Source of the DNA: Cyanophora paradoxa CCMP329
Taxonomy: Eukaryota > Plantae > Glaucophyta
DNA length: 64,000 nucleotides
NCBI GenBank assembly: GCA_004431415.1
Contig: QPMI01000392.1
Span: 1-64,000, forward strand
Reading direction: 5' to 3'
Shown: positions 23,735 through 36,507 of the stretch, piece after piece
Numbering within the stretch: position 1 is the stretch's first letter
Layout: each line of letters begins with the position of its first letter
Notes under the pieces: generated by a model
Seen by the model: only the letters and a program-made list of their open reading frames with translations
Database searches by the model: none
What the model was told of the DNA's origin: nothing
Program-made: the position numbers and the translations under genes

Positions 23735-26700
23735 TTGCTGAACGCGTGCAATCTCTTTGGTTTTTCCGCGGCAGAGTGCGCCTGCTGCCAGGCAACATTC
23801 CAAGTCAGCATCTACGAGATGGACAGGCATCGCTTCCGCCGTCCCATTGAGCCGGCGGCGTACATGCTGCAAGACGGACCTGGGTCCGACTTTGACGAAG
23901 ATTTCGACCTTTTCCTGTGCAATCAATGCCTCGAACTTGACCGCTTGATTTCTGCCAGGACCGGTTCGCGCCCAGACAAAAGAGATTTAGACTTACATAG
24001 CTTGATCATGTATACATACACACATTCATATATTCAAATAAGCACATGCACCATGCGTGCACGTGCGCGCCACGATAGAAATGAACGCATCCATCTTATA
24101 TATGCTTGCTGATTTGCCACGCACCTTCAACGTCAGGTCGACATCGTTTGCAAGTATGCTACGGTAACGCACAGACAACAGGACGCTCGGACCACTGCCA
24201 CGTGGTGGACACGGAGGCCGAGAACGACGCATGCGCAGTGATCGACTTGCACCCCAAATCGTATGACAGCAGGCCGCACACAGAGCCTGGGGCGTGCGAC
24301 TGTGACAACAGCCTGTGTCAGACACGGCCCCGGTGCAAAAACGCCGAACCGAACAACGCGAGTCTCGAATGCTTCCAATTGTGCGGGAAGCATCTTATTC
24401 TCATTTTCCAGGTGCACAGCAGAGCCCCACACATGCATGTACCTCTTGCGATTAATGCCAAATGCTAACACGGGAGCTCTAGATCTAGCTCTCGCTCTAG
24501 ATTCCGAACTGCGCTACTGCATTCGATCTGCATCCTCTCATCTGCAGTTTTTCCCGCAGGCTCAGCAGCTGAAGCAGCTCCGAAACCTCAACGAAAAGAT
24601 GGCGAGGGGCGAGGAGTACAGATTTAGACCCGAGTGTCCGTCGCACTGTTTCGAGCAAGGCCCTGACGCAGACGCCTTGCTCGAGTTGGCCGTCGCACAC
24701 GCTCTCACACTACGGCCGCCGTCCGACAGCGAGAGTTTCGCGAACGTCCGCTACGCGGATCAAGGTTTCACTCTGTTGACGAACAGGGCAATCACTGAGT
24801 GGGAAATGGAGGAAGTTCGACGGGCGGCGGAGGACGAGCTGGGCGGACTTCTCGCACGACAGGGCCTCCGAAGCAACCGGCCCTCCGCGGACATGCACAC
24901 CGTCCACGAGTGGTCGCTGCCGACGGGGCTGCGGTCGATGGATCCAGAATCCCAGGCACGCGTGCCACCATCTGATGTTTTCGGCATCGAAATGCACCCC
25001 GAGGGGATAAATGCTCTATTGAAAGATACCGATTGATTCTCGATACAATTTCAGCTTTCCTGTGTTCTGCGACCGCTCGGTCCAGTACTACTGCTGACCC
25101 CTCGCCCGCAGCAATGTTGCAATGAAGATGGGTGCTATAAATCGCTTCTCGAACATCCGATCACTGGACGTTTTGAAGGCTTTCCAGGCATCGTGCAGTG
25201 GTGCGCTGCGTCTACAAACTTCCCGTTGTGCGCAAGCGCAGTGAACGCTCTATTCTAACTCTACGCTGCCCGTGCACTCCACGCACAGCCGCGCTGTGGT
25301 CGCCGGTGCCAATCTGGGACCGTTCAACGAGCTCGAGCCCGAAATCGATCCGAGCAACGCTGGGGAAGGATCGGACGGAGACCTGGAAGGCATCGGGTAC
25401 GTATACAACCAGCGGCCTGCAGGAGCGGTTGTGATCTGCGGTTGCGGCTTCCACGTCAAATGCGCCATCGATACCAGCGAAGGATTCGTTTGCAGCACCA
25501 CGAACAAATACCATTTTGTGTGCCCGCGATGCCGTGGACGTGGTCGTGTGCCCAAGCCCGTCGACGCCTTTGATTGCAAGGGCGCGAGGCTCCATGACTT
25601 GCAGGTAGATAGATTTCAGCAGCGTACGTGCGTTCTGGCGTACTGTGAGGACCGCTGCGTCAAGGCCCAGCTGGAGGGCAGACTCAAGCGGCTGTTCGAT
25701 TCGGCCCCAAATGGGCGGCTCTCCGCTCCTGCGCTCGAGGAGGTCAAGCGGATCTTGGAGGAGGCGAAAACGACGCGCGTTTTCATCTGGTGCGCGTGCT
25801 CGCGCCTTACATTGCATCCGTGTCCGAGATAGAGAGCGGATCGCGTTTATGCTTCTCATACATACACAAAAATAGATTAATTTTTTAAAACCACCACACG
25901 CGTGAACTTAAGCTTCGCACTCGCTATCGCAAGCGTGTGTGTCGATATCGCGGTCGAGTTTGAATTTAACGTGACAAAATGTGCGCTCAGCAACTCCAAG
26001 TCCGCAATCAAGTGCGACATGGCGCTCTGCTACGGATGTGCGCAGAACTACGCGGAGCCGCTGAGTCTTCGGACCCGTGAAAGCAAAATCCCGTCGAGGG
26101 ATGGCGCCCTGTGCATCACCTGTCCCGATTTGTACAGTGTCCATGGCTCCAACCGCAGCGAGTTCATGTACGAATCGGCACTTGTCAAGCAGGAGCTCGA
26201 TGTTCGCCAGGCGCTCACGGCCGACGGCGGGCCACGTGCACGGCGGCCGTGCGCATCTAGGCCTAGGGCGGGAGCTGCACCCGGAAGCGCGGCCCGCCAG
26301 ACAGCCCACGCTCGAGCTCGACGAGGCGCCAATCCCGGCGGGCGCCGGCGCCGCCAGCGGGAGGAATTGGAGGAGACGGAGGACGCCAATCGCGACGACC
26401 GCATTAGATTGCGGGCAATGGCGCACCGAGAGGTACGCTTGCGCTAGCAATTCGTGCAATGCATCCCGCGCCGCACTTGAACTTGCGTATGCGCACGCAG
26501 AAGGCGCAGCAGGAGGCCACGGCCGATGCCGACGAAGCGCTAGCGGGCCCGAGCCCAATGGACGTGGACAGCGATCGTGAATCGCGGCCCGCGACCCCTG
26601 GACTCTACACGCGCGCTGGAGACACTCTCGTGGCGCTCCTGCCGATTTCAAGCGGCCCGTCGAGCTCGCACGTCCATCGCAGCGGAGCCATCACCTCGAA

Positions 26701-28164
26701 CTCTGGACCCGGGTCAGCGGCAGAGCCGATCGTGCTCTCGCCTTCGAGCTCTCACAACTTGGACGAGCCGGCACCTGCAGCTGCGCCGCGGCCCGCCACC
26801 CGAATTGGGCGTCCACGTGACCCGCCGGCCTCGAGCTCTGTGGAGACGGTTCCGGCCGCGGAGCTCGGGGCATCGAGCTCGAGCCGGCCCAGACCGTTGG
26901 CTTCCAGCGCTCGGCGCACGCGCACAGAGCGGCAGTTCGACATACATACTGCGGCGCCACCCGATGCGGATTCCTCGGAGCTGGCGCCCCTGCAGGACCT
27001 CATCTTATCCCGTGCATTCGAAGTGGCTCGAAGAATGCAGATGCAGCTGTACACGCCGCAGATCGGTGCAACGCAAGTTCGACGCCTGGCAAGGATGGCC
27101 ATGGACATGAACGTGCACTCGTACGTGATCGACCCGCCGGTAGAAGACATTCGGACGCCCGCTTTCAGCGAGTGCGACGCTCCCGAGAGATCGGAGCAGG
27201 GTCCGGAGCATGCGCAGCGGACGAGCACGTTCCTGCCATACGAGCCGCCAACTCCCGGTCCGGTGCGTACTCGTGATCAGCGGGCCTGCCCGGCGCCCTA
27301 GGAGCTCAGAGCCGGGTCAACGCCGTTTGCGTTGAGCGAATTTCGCTTGCAGATGGAGGCCGATGCCACGGATCCGGACCAGTCCATTGCGCGAGAGCAC
27401 GTTTTGCGTGCAGAGTGGTGGGCAAGGGGAGACCCGGTGTGCGGAGAGCTGCAGGGCGCGCATGCACTTCCGGAGGGCGCCCGCGAGCTACCCGCGCCGC
27501 CGCAACTGCCTACGGACCCTGATCCTCTCCCCCTGGTCCTGGTGCGCATCGCTGCGCGCGGCGCAGCCTGCGGCGCGTCGGCGGTGCTCGGCCACGGCCG
27601 CAAACGACCGCGGGCGCCTGACGGTTGGTCCCGCTGGGCATCTCGCAGAGCGGCGGTGCGGGCGCTGCGGCCGTGGGCGCCGCTGCACCCCCGGCCCCGA
27701 CCCCGACCTCGACCGGAGCGGCCCCCCCTGCTGCAGCTGCGGGCGTGGCGTCGGCCGCGCCCGGCGGCGGATCCGCCGCCGAACCCGACCTCCCGTTCAT
27801 AAGCGTCAAGGCGGCCTTGAGGGCGGTGAAAGCCGGCTGGGCCTTTTACGGCGGAAGGCGCGTCGTGTTCCCTGGCCAGCGGAACCCCCTTCGAGGGAGC
27901 GACCCGCGCTGGCGGTGGGGGGAGGGCGTGTGCTACATCATCGACCTCGCCTGCTTCGAACCCTCGATCTCGGAGAATGAATTTACGTTTTCGGAGAAGT
28001 ACAGGTTCGCAGGCACTCCGGGCGAGCCGCTTTGGACGCGGCATTTACGTCTATTAATATTTACGCTTCTGTTGCAGGAAAACGGCGATTCAGGGCCTCG
28101 ACCTCTGGCTGCCGAGAGGGCATCGGGAGAGGGCGATGTGGGAGAAGCGCATCAGGCACTCTAG
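23735..28164 (+). CDS. Cluster of Cys-rich (RING/PHD-like) coding exons; number of genes unresolved
   Basis: CACC...CNQC (23735), CDCDNSLC..C (24106), CGCGFHVKC...CPRC (25272), CDMALCYGC...CITC (25902), separated by intron-like sequence. Confidence 0.35.
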
Positions 28165-28854
28165 GGCCGTCTGGGAAGCTGGGGACTTTCAGGAGGTAGC
28201 CGGGCAGGAGGAGGCGACAATCGCAAAGACTTTTTCGCGCTCTCTCTGGGTGCCGCACGAGATTATCGACAACATGCCATGATGATGCATGCGCAGCTTT
28301 GATTTGATCACAAAGTAATGTTCGATAATTGATGCAGCTTTGGTTCGAGCAACTGTCGAATAACATGATATCCTTGCACATCTTTTATGAAAGCTGGCTA
28401 TCGGGAGGAAGGAAGGGAGAAAGAAAACGGGCAGTTTAATGTAAGCGGGACAATTAGTGTAATTATAACAGAAAAGGCAAACGGAAACGAAAGAGCGCCG
28501 GGGCGTGGGTCGTCAAGTCGTTCGCCCGCGGGCGACTGGAGCGAGATGAGCTAAGGGGGCGGTTGCTGGACGGGCCGAGGAGGAGGAGGAGGAGGGAGAG
28601 AGGCGCGGGCGCGGGCGGGGCGGGGGGGGGGGGGGGGGGGGGGGGAGTTGAAGTTGGAGAAAGGGCCAGGGGTGGGGGGGGGGGAGGGAGGCGAGCGTAG
28701 AGGGTCGGGAGGGAGGGGGCAAATCTCGCCACCCGGCCTCCTTGCCCGGTACCCCCGCCCTCGTCTCGCTCCCTGCTGCGTACGAGCCGTAAGGCGAGGG
28801 GTGGCGGCGAGGGGGTAGGGGGCGGACCTTCGGCGGGGCTCACGGGGGGCGGAC

Positions 28855-31696
28855 TCAGTCGTCCGAGTCGCCGCCCATGAGGAGGGCGGAGAGATCGGCT
28901 TGCTGCTCGTCCTCGTCCGGAGGGGCGAGGGGCTCGCAGGCCTGCTCGGCGTCGAAGAGGCCGTCGATCAGGGCCCACCCGTTGGCGTCGGCGACCACCT
29001 GCAGCTTCGCCTTGTAGTCCTGGAGCTGCTTCTTCTCAAGCGTGGCGATGGCGTGGAGGGCGTGGAGGAAGGAGACGCCGGGGGCGTTGCGGGCGTGGGC
29101 GAGGTGCGGGTAGCGCTCGACCAGGTGGCCCACCTCGAGCAGGGATCGAAAGGCCCGCCGCTGCTTCGACTCGCTGTCCAGCACGAGGCCCGCAAGCCAG
29201 AGGATCGTGGCGAGACGGGGGTACAGGTAGGCCTCGCGGAACTTTCCCCAACTTTGTTTGGGGACGCCTTTTTCCTGGGGGTGCGGTCAGAGATACGGAG
29301 CAAAGCGCAGCAGGGGGAGGGAGCTAAGGGAGGGGGAGGGAGGTAAGGGAGGGGGAGGGGAAGGGGGACGGGGGGAGGGAAGGCGCGGGGGCGGGGGGGA
29401 GGTGCAGATGGGGAAGGGTGGGAAGGGGGGAAGAGCGGGGAGGGGGGGGAGGGAGGGGAGGGGGGAGGAGGGGGAGGAGGGGAGAGGCGGGGGAGGGGGA
29501 GGCAAGGTGCAGAGGGGGGGGGGGGGGGGGGGAGAAGGGGGGCGAGAAATGTGGAGGGCCGGGGGTTAGAGGGCGCGAGGGGGACCTAAAGGGTGGCGGG
29601 TGGTCCCTGGCCCCCCCTCGTGCAGAACCGCGCTCGCACCGGCTTAAGCTTCTGCAGCGTGCGGTAGCCGCAGAGGACGGCGCTTGCAGCGATGAGGAGG
29701 AGCCGCGCGGCGTCGCCCTGCGCCTTCTCCAGCTTGGCCCGCATCTCCTCCCGCAGGGGAAAGCTGTCGAGGACGAGGCGGCCGGCGCGGGTGACCGCAG
29801 AGGCCGCCGGGCCGGCGCTGCCGGATGCATGGGGCACCGGCGCGCCCCCGCCGCCCTCGAGCACCTCCAGGCAGGCGGCGACGCTCGGCACCGGCGGCTG
29901 CGCTGGGACGAGAGCGGCGTCGCTGCTGCCGCCACCGGACGCGGGCACCGGCGGCAGGTCAAGCTGGTCGGGCTCTGGCTCGGAGGAGCCGGGACCCCGC
30001 GCCGCCTCCTTGCCCCGCGGGGGCCGCCGGCGCGGGGGCGCGCTCGGGGCAGGCGCCCCCTCGAGCTGAGCCGCCGGCTGCCCCGGGGCCGGCTCCTTTC
30101 GGAGGGCCCTGGCCATCATCTTGAGGCTGCCGTGCGCGAAGAGCCGCTCCGCGCGCCTCGTCAGGCCCTTGGGCTTGCTGCCGACGGCGGCGGCCGCGGG
30201 GCTGGAGCTGGAGCTGGGGCCCGGGGCCGGCTGCTGCTTCGACGAGGCCGCCGCGGACGCTGCGCTGGCGCCGCCCGCGCCGTCGCGCCGCGGCCGGCGC
30301 GTGCGCGCCTTCTTCGCCGCAGGCTGAGACTGCAGCTTCTGCTTCTTCGCCGGGGGAGGCTGCTCCTTCTCCTTGGCCTGCTTGGACGCGGCCACCCGCG
30401 CGCTCCTGCGCGCTCCCGACTTGTCCCCGCCCTCCTCCCCGTCCTCCTCCTCGTCCTCCCCGCCCTCCTCTTCGCCCTCCTCGTCGTCGCCCGCCTGCAT
30501 CCGAGAGCGAGTTGGTGCCAAAGAGAGAGGGGCAAAGAAGGCAGCGGGGGGGCGGGGGAGGGGGAGAAGGGGGCTGAGGGGGGTAGGGGGTACGAAGGCT
30601 GGGGGAAGGGGGGGGGGTACGGGGCGCGCGGGGCTCACCTTGCCACTCGGGTCGGCGGGTTCCTCGTCCTCGTCCTCGTCCTCCTCCTTGTCCTCCCCCT
30701 CCCCCGCCCTTTCCTCCTCTCCATCGCTTCCCTGTCGCGCCGCCGCATCAGCACCGTGCCGCGACCGCGGCGCCCGAGCGGGATCGGGCCCACCCGGTCA
30801 GCCCGCATGCGCCGCTCCCCAGGCCGGCTGCCGCCGCGGCCGCCGCCGCTGGAGGCCCCCGAGGCGGCCGGCGCAGCTGGCGGCGCCGCACGCCGTGCCT
30901 CGAGTTCGAGCTCCTTCAGGAGCTCGTCCTTTGACTTGGTCTCGGCCAGCTGGAAGGCATCGAAGCTGGTGGCGGCCGGGCGCCAGACCGCGTTGAAGAA
31001 GCAGAGAAAGGCGCCGAGCGCGCGGCAGGCCTGAAAGTCCTCCTTGCCGCGCCCGAAGGCGTGAAAGCTCTTGCACAGATCGCACTCGATGCTGAAATAG
31101 CCGTCTGCGCGCGCGCGCGCGCGTCAGCGCTGGGGGCCGGGGTGGGCGAAATCCGGGGAGCAGGGCGGCGCACCCTTGGGGTTGAAGCCTTTCGGGCCCT
31201 TCAAGCAGTCGCCGCACGCGAATCCGCCTTCGGCGAGTTTCTCGGCGGCCAGCTTGCGAACTTTCTGCCAGAGCTCGCCCGCTTTGCGCGTCTTGCCGCC
31301 CCGCGGCTGGAGGAGCAGCTCCGATATGGTGCACGTGAGCTCCTGCCGCGACGGCTCGTCGGCGTCGGGCTCCTGCTCCGCGCTGAGATCGCGGTCGACC
31401 AACGGCACGACCTGAACGTATTCCTGGGCCGCGTCGGCGGCGCATTCGGCGACTATGCAGTCGGCGATGGCTTCAACGATGCAGCGGGGCACGAAGGCGG
31501 AGAGTGTCCAGGGCGCCACTTCCCCGCAGATCATGCAGCCGACCTTGACGTCGCCGGCAACGAGGGCGGCGCGCCAGGCCGCGGCGAGGTCCTTCACGTA
31601 CGGCCCGAGGCTTTCCGTGCTCCCGAGGAGTTCTGCTGCCTCGACCTGATCCGAAATCGATTTGCCGCGCATCTGCGCTATTCCTTGACCGGTCAT
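28855..31696 (-). CDS. Large RING-like protein, 4 exons (31696-31174, 31104-30639, 30494-29640, 29274-28855); paralogue of 3730-6059
   Basis: GT..AG introns 31173-31105, 30638-30495 and 29639-29275 give in-frame joins at the splice sites; CMIC...CGDC...CDLC; C-terminal SWGKFREAYLYPRLATILWLAGLVLD and AFRSLLEVGHLVERYPHLA; start codon uncertain. Confidence 0.7.
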
Positions 31697-31814
31697 GACT
31701 CGTCGGTCTGGTGCCACAGCGGTGCGGCTGGGGCCCCTGAGCACGCGCACCGTGTGCCGCCGCAGCTCCCCGCGCGCGAGCTCGCACGCGGGCCCGCACC
31801 CTGCTATTTTTTTC

Positions 31815-31978
31815 GGGGGCCAGTTTGCAACGTTTCGATGGTGCACCGGCGCACCATCGAATTTCAACAGCACGCCGCGCCGCGCGAGTGCCCTCCGGCG
31901 CCTTCTGTAGCCCCCGGAGAGCTCGGAAATCGCTTCGGCGCCCGCCCAGCTCGTGCTGGCCCCGAGCGCAGCTGACGA
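31815..31978 (+). other. Conserved palindromic element P, copy 2 (palindrome 31834-31861)
   Basis: TTCGATGGTGC-ACCGGC-GCACCATCGAA with perfect 11-bp arms; preceded by a T-run and GGGGGCC. Confidence 0.9.
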
Positions 31979-32529
31979 TCCCATGCCCATCGATATCGCC
32001 AGCCCGGAGCCCTCGGAGCGCAGCGCCCGCCCCGAGCCGCGCGAGCGGCTCGAAAGAGGCCGTCAGCTTGCAGGTGGGAGGCGCGCTCGCCGGCGGAGTC
32101 GCCGCCGCTCGTCCGCGGGCCCGGCTCGCGCGCGGTCGTGCACGAGCTCCCATCGCCGACGCTTCAAAGGGCAGTTTCCGCGGACGTGTGCTTGGCCGCG
32201 TGCGGATCGGACGGTCCGGGGCAGACGCGCGCGTGCGCCGCTCGGTACCGGTGCTCGCTCGATCGGCAGACGCGCACGCCGATCGCTTCGCGGGCAGCGG
32301 GGCCTGGCCTCGGCGGCCTGCATCGTGCGACGAAGAGGCGGGCGCGGCACGGTGCGATCCAGGCCCTCCCCGCCCGGCGGCGCGCGCCGCGACGGTGGGC
32401 CCGCCGCCGCCTCGCCCTTTGGCTCGCTCTCCGCGCGCCTCGCGCACGATACAGGCGTCGAGGCCGGTTCCTTCTACGGCCGCTCCCCCCCTCGCCTTCC
32501 CCCCCCTCTCCTCCCCGTTCCTCTCTAAC

Positions 32530-32980
32530 GCCCGCCCTCGCCCGCCCGGCAGCCCGTACGGCTCGCGGCGCCGGCTCGCAGCAGGGGCAGCCCGGTCGAT
32601 TCCTTCAACAGCACGTGTGGGCCCCCATCCTTGTTTCCCCCCTCGCGCACCCCGCCCTCGCTCGCCCGGCCCCCCGTACGGCTCTCAGCGCTGGCTCGTA
32701 GTAGGGGCGGCCTGGTCGATTCCGGCAACGGCACGTGTACCCCCTCTCTCGCCCCCCTCGCGCCCCCCCGCCCTCGCTCACCCAGGCCCCCCGTACGGCT
32801 CGCAGCGCCGGCTCGCAGTAGGGGGCGGCCTGGTCGATTCCGGCAACGGTACGTGTACCCCCTCGCTCGTCCCCCTCGCGTCCCCCCGCCCTCGCTCACC
32901 CGGGCCCCCCGTACGGCTCGCAGCGCCGGCTCGCAGTAGGGGCGGCCCGGTCGATTCCGGCAACGGCACGTGTACCCCCG
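32530..32980 (+). repeat. Hub 3, type-B tandem array (4 units, CAACGG variant)
   Basis: Cores at ~32592 (degenerate), 32711, 32829, 32947. Confidence 0.9.
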
Positions 32981-33061
32981 CTATCTCGCCTTTCTCACTT
33001 GTCGCTCATTGTCGCCGCGTCCCATCCTCTTGATCTTGTGGATTGACCAAGCGTAGCTTTC

Positions 33062-33835
33062 GGCCAGGCGGGCTATCAGGGGCGGGGCCCGGTCCGTCCG
33101 TACCCCCGCTCTCCCCCTCCCCCCACCTGCGCCCCGCGCCCCGCGTCTCGTCTCACAGAGCGCCCGCAGGACTCGGCCCCGCGGCCGTCGAGGGGGTACA
33201 GGCGCCGTAGCCGGAATCGACCCGGCGGGCTATCAGGGGCGGGGCCCGGTCCGTCCGTACCCCCCGCTCCCCCCTCCCCGGACCTGCGCCGCGCGCCCCG
33301 CGTCTCGTCTCACAGAGCGCCCGCAGGACTCGGCCCCGCCGCGAGGGTACAGGCCGTGCCGATCGACCGGGGCTATCAGGCGGGCCGGTCGTCCGTACCC
33401 GCTCCCCCACCATGCCCGCGCCCGCGTCGTCCACAGAGCGCCGCAGATCGCCGCGGCTCGAGGGTACAGGCCTAGCGATCGACCGGCGGCTATCAGGGGC
33501 GGGGCCCGGTCCGTCCGTACCCCCGCTCTCCCCCTCCCCCACCTGCGCCGCGCGCCCCGCGTCTCGTCTCACAGAGCGCCCGCAGGACTCGGCCCCGCGG
33601 CCGTCGAGGGGGTACAGGCGCCGTAGCCGGAATCGACCCGGCGGGCTATCAGGGGCGGGGCCCGGTCCGTCCGTACCCCCCGCTCCCCCCCTCCCCGGAC
33701 CTGCGCCGCGCGCCCCGCGTCTCGTCTCACAGAGCGCCCGCAGGACTCGGCCCCGCGGCCGTCGAGGGGGTACAGGCGCCGTAGCCGGAATCGACCAGGC
33801 GGGCTATCAAGGGCGGGGCCCGGTCCGTCCGTCCC
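33062..33835 (-). repeat. Hub 3, type-A tandem array (~5 units plus a partial unit, ~160-bp variant)
   Basis: Reverse cores at ~33210, 33355 and 33475 (both degraded), 33626, 33785. Confidence 0.9.
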
Positions 33836-34435
33836 CTTTTCCGAGAGCTCGCCGAGAGCCCGGGCTGCGGCAGGCCTTTGCGTTTGCACGCACGGTGCCG
33901 AGCGGGTCCCCTTCTTCCCAGCCCCGGCCGCCGGCAAAGCAAGACGGCGGACGAGGGGCCGGGCGCCGGCAGGCCCGTGGCGGCAGCGGGGGCCGCCGCA
34001 GCCGCTCCGCAGCGGACGCGGCCGGCGACGGGCGCGGACGAAATCGCTCTCGCCGATGAAATATGTATCAGTGATCTATTAATTGCGCAAAGAAATCAGA
34101 CTTGAATTCGGGATTCGAATTGCGCCGTGTCAATGCAAAGCCTTGCGGGGGGAAGAGGAAGAGGCGGGGGCGCTGGGGCATCCCGGACAGGGTACCAAGG
34201 GTAGATGATCACGATGGGCGCGCGGGCGCAACGGGTAGACGATACCGGAGGGCGGCGCGCGCGCTCGAATAAAATAACGCTCGGGATTCTCGGCGCCCGG
34301 GATTCCCGTCTGCCGCGTCGACAAAAGGGAGAGAGGCGGCCGAGCTCGGCACATTTGCGTGGTCGAAACACGTCGACAACGACGGCAGCCACAGCACCTA
34401 CAGCCGCAACCCGTAAACCCTTTTTGCAGAGAGCC

Positions 34436-36157
34436 ATGTCGACCGAGTCCGCCAACTTTGCCGCCGTCGACGCGTCGTCGGCCGCCGCGCGCGCCCTCTT
34501 CGGAGTCCGCCGGGCAGAGGCGTGGATCAAGGTCGGCTCGAGCCGCGCCATCGGGACGATCTGCGCGGCCGGCGCCGTCGCCGATGGCTCGGGCGGGGCG
34601 GCGCGCTTTGCCGTCCTCGTGCCGATGGTGCAGTCGCACTTTGCGTCCGTCATCAAGGGGACGAGCCTCTCGGCTGGCGCCCAGGAGGAGTGGACGCGTC
34701 TGCGGGTGGAGGTGGTCGAGAAGATTGGGGCCCAGCTCGTCCCCGGCGGCGGCTACGAGGCCGTGGGGGACATGTACCTGAGCCCCTCCGGATCGACGGC
34801 GCGCGATGTCGACGGGTCGATGCTTCTTGTCGTCGATTACATTCCTCGGCCGGGCCCCAAAATCATCGTCCGCATCCATCACCTGGAGATGCCGGGGCAC
34901 GTCAGCCGCGGCTGGCTCGTTGAGGGTCGGGTGCTGCCTGCCGCGCCGGCGCCGGCCTCTGCAGGGGTGGCGCCGGCGCCGCCTGCACTTGCGCGCACCC
35001 CGCCGCCGGCCGCCCCCCAGCTCGCGATCGGCGGCGAGGTAACCGTCTTCGGGCTTTTCGCCTTTGGGGCCGGCGATCGCGTCTGCGGTCGCTCCGTCTC
35101 GTTGTTCGGCGCGGGATCGCGCTCGGGCTCTCCGCTCTCGATCTGGGCCGTGGTGGCGTTGGACGTCGGGATGGAGGCGCTCCGCGGGGGGGACTCGCTC
35201 GACGGCGAGGCGACGGATCGGAAGAGCGAGAAGGTCGTCGGCTGGATCGAAACGAGCCTTGCCGCCGAGCTGACGGCGTGGAACGGGGGGCGCCCGCTTC
35301 ACGTGAGCATCCACGTCTACAACATCTGCTCGGGGGTGGATGCAGATATGGGACACATTCGCTTCGCCGCGGTGGCCATTCCCTGCGGGGAGGGGGAGAC
35401 GCCCGTCGGCGAGTTTGTTGAGGGCGGGCCCACGCTGCCCAAGGAGGCCTTTTTCGGCCCTCACCCCGCGCACGCGAGCTGCATCAGGGCCCTGCGTCAG
35501 CGCGTGGCCGAACGGAACGCGCCCCTGGCAGGAGTGAGGCGGCGGGCGGCCGCGGGCGCCGTCGACGGCAAGAAGCTTAAGGAGGCGGCGGTGCGGCGGG
35601 CGGTGCCAGAGGACCTTCCGGAGGGGGAGGACGCGCTCCTTGCCCGCCTGCATCTGGCCATGGGCGACGCGGCCGCCCGCGCCCTACCACGGGCCGCCCT
35701 GGCGAGGCGGGTCGCATGCCGCTCCACGGACCCCCGCATCCCCGAGGCGGCCGCCGCGGTCGGCGTCCGCTTCACCGCCCAGCACATCCTCCAGGCGGCC
35801 GGGCGCGGCGTCGACGTCGGGGGCGAGTACCTGGAGGCGATGTGCGCGGCGGCGGCCCCGGAGGAGCTGCGGGCGCTCGGGACGCGGCGGGACCTCGCCG
35901 AGGGGCTGCGGGCCGCCCTGGGCCGCCGCGGGGTCGCCCTCGCCGGCCCGAGCAACCGCGCCGCTCCCGTCGAGCCCGTCGTCGTGCGGGCGCCGACGGC
36001 GGCCGAGATGGCCGAGGCGGCGCAGCGCAGCCGGCAGAAGAAGCTGGAGGAGAAGGAGCTCCACCGCGCCCGCAACGAGGCCAAGCGCGCCGAGCGCGAG
36101 GAGGCGTCGACCTCGGGCCGCAGGAGCGGCCGCGCGACCCGCGGCCGCGCTCAGTAG
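34436..36157 (+). CDS. Hypothetical protein, 573 aa, intronless, basic C-terminus
   Basis: Long ORF with strong GC3 bias; GGGATTCCC at ~34299 and ACAAAAAGGG at 34321 upstream of ATG 34436. Confidence 0.75.
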   Translation: MSTESANFAAVDASSAAARALFGVRRAEAWIKVGSSRAIGTICAAGAVADGSGGAARFAVLVPMVQSHFASVIKGTSLSAGAQEEWTRLRVEVVEKIGAQLVPGGGYEAVGDMYLSPSGSTARDVDGSMLLVVDYIPRPGPKIIVRIHHLEMPGHVSRGWLVEGRVLPAAPAPASAGVAPAPPALARTPPPAAPQLAIGGEVTVFGLFAFGAGDRVCGRSVSLFGAGSRSGSPLSIWAVVALDVGMEALRGGDSLDGEATDRKSEKVVGWIETSLAAELTAWNGGRPLHVSIHVYNICSGVDADMGHIRFAAVAIPCGEGETPVGEFVEGGPTLPKEAFFGPHPAHASCIRALRQRVAERNAPLAGVRRRAAAGAVDGKKLKEAAVRRAVPEDLPEGEDALLARLHLAMGDAAARALPRAALARRVACRSTDPRIPEAAAAVGVRFTAQHILQAAGRGVDVGGEYLEAMCAAAAPEELRALGTRRDLAEGLRAALGRRGVALAGPSNRAAPVEPVVVRAPTAAEMAEAAQRSRQKKLEEKELHRARNEAKRAEREEASTSGRRSGRATRGRAQ

Positions 36158-36506
36158 TCGGGTCGTGGTCATGTTCACGATCAGTGCGAAATACATAAAT
36201 GTACCCTTAATTGGTTGTGCGAATCGGTGTTTCTCGCGACTCGTCTAGCGCGGGGCTCGACTGGGGCTGGCGGGGGGTACCCCGGTAGCCTCTCCATCCG
36301 CGCCGGCGCCCGAGAGAGCCGGGTGGGCTCCCGGGCGGGGAGCCGCGAGGCGGCAGGGTGCGAATCCGGCCGTCGCCGCGCGGGAAGAGCCCGGAGCCGG
36401 CCGCGGGGTAGACCCGGGCGGCGCCTCGCGCGCCGGTGCGGCGCGGGCGCCTGCGCGCCACCGCTCTCGGGAAATTTCAAATCGCACCCCGAATCAATAT
36501 ATTGGG

Positions 36507-36507
<1 letters not shown>

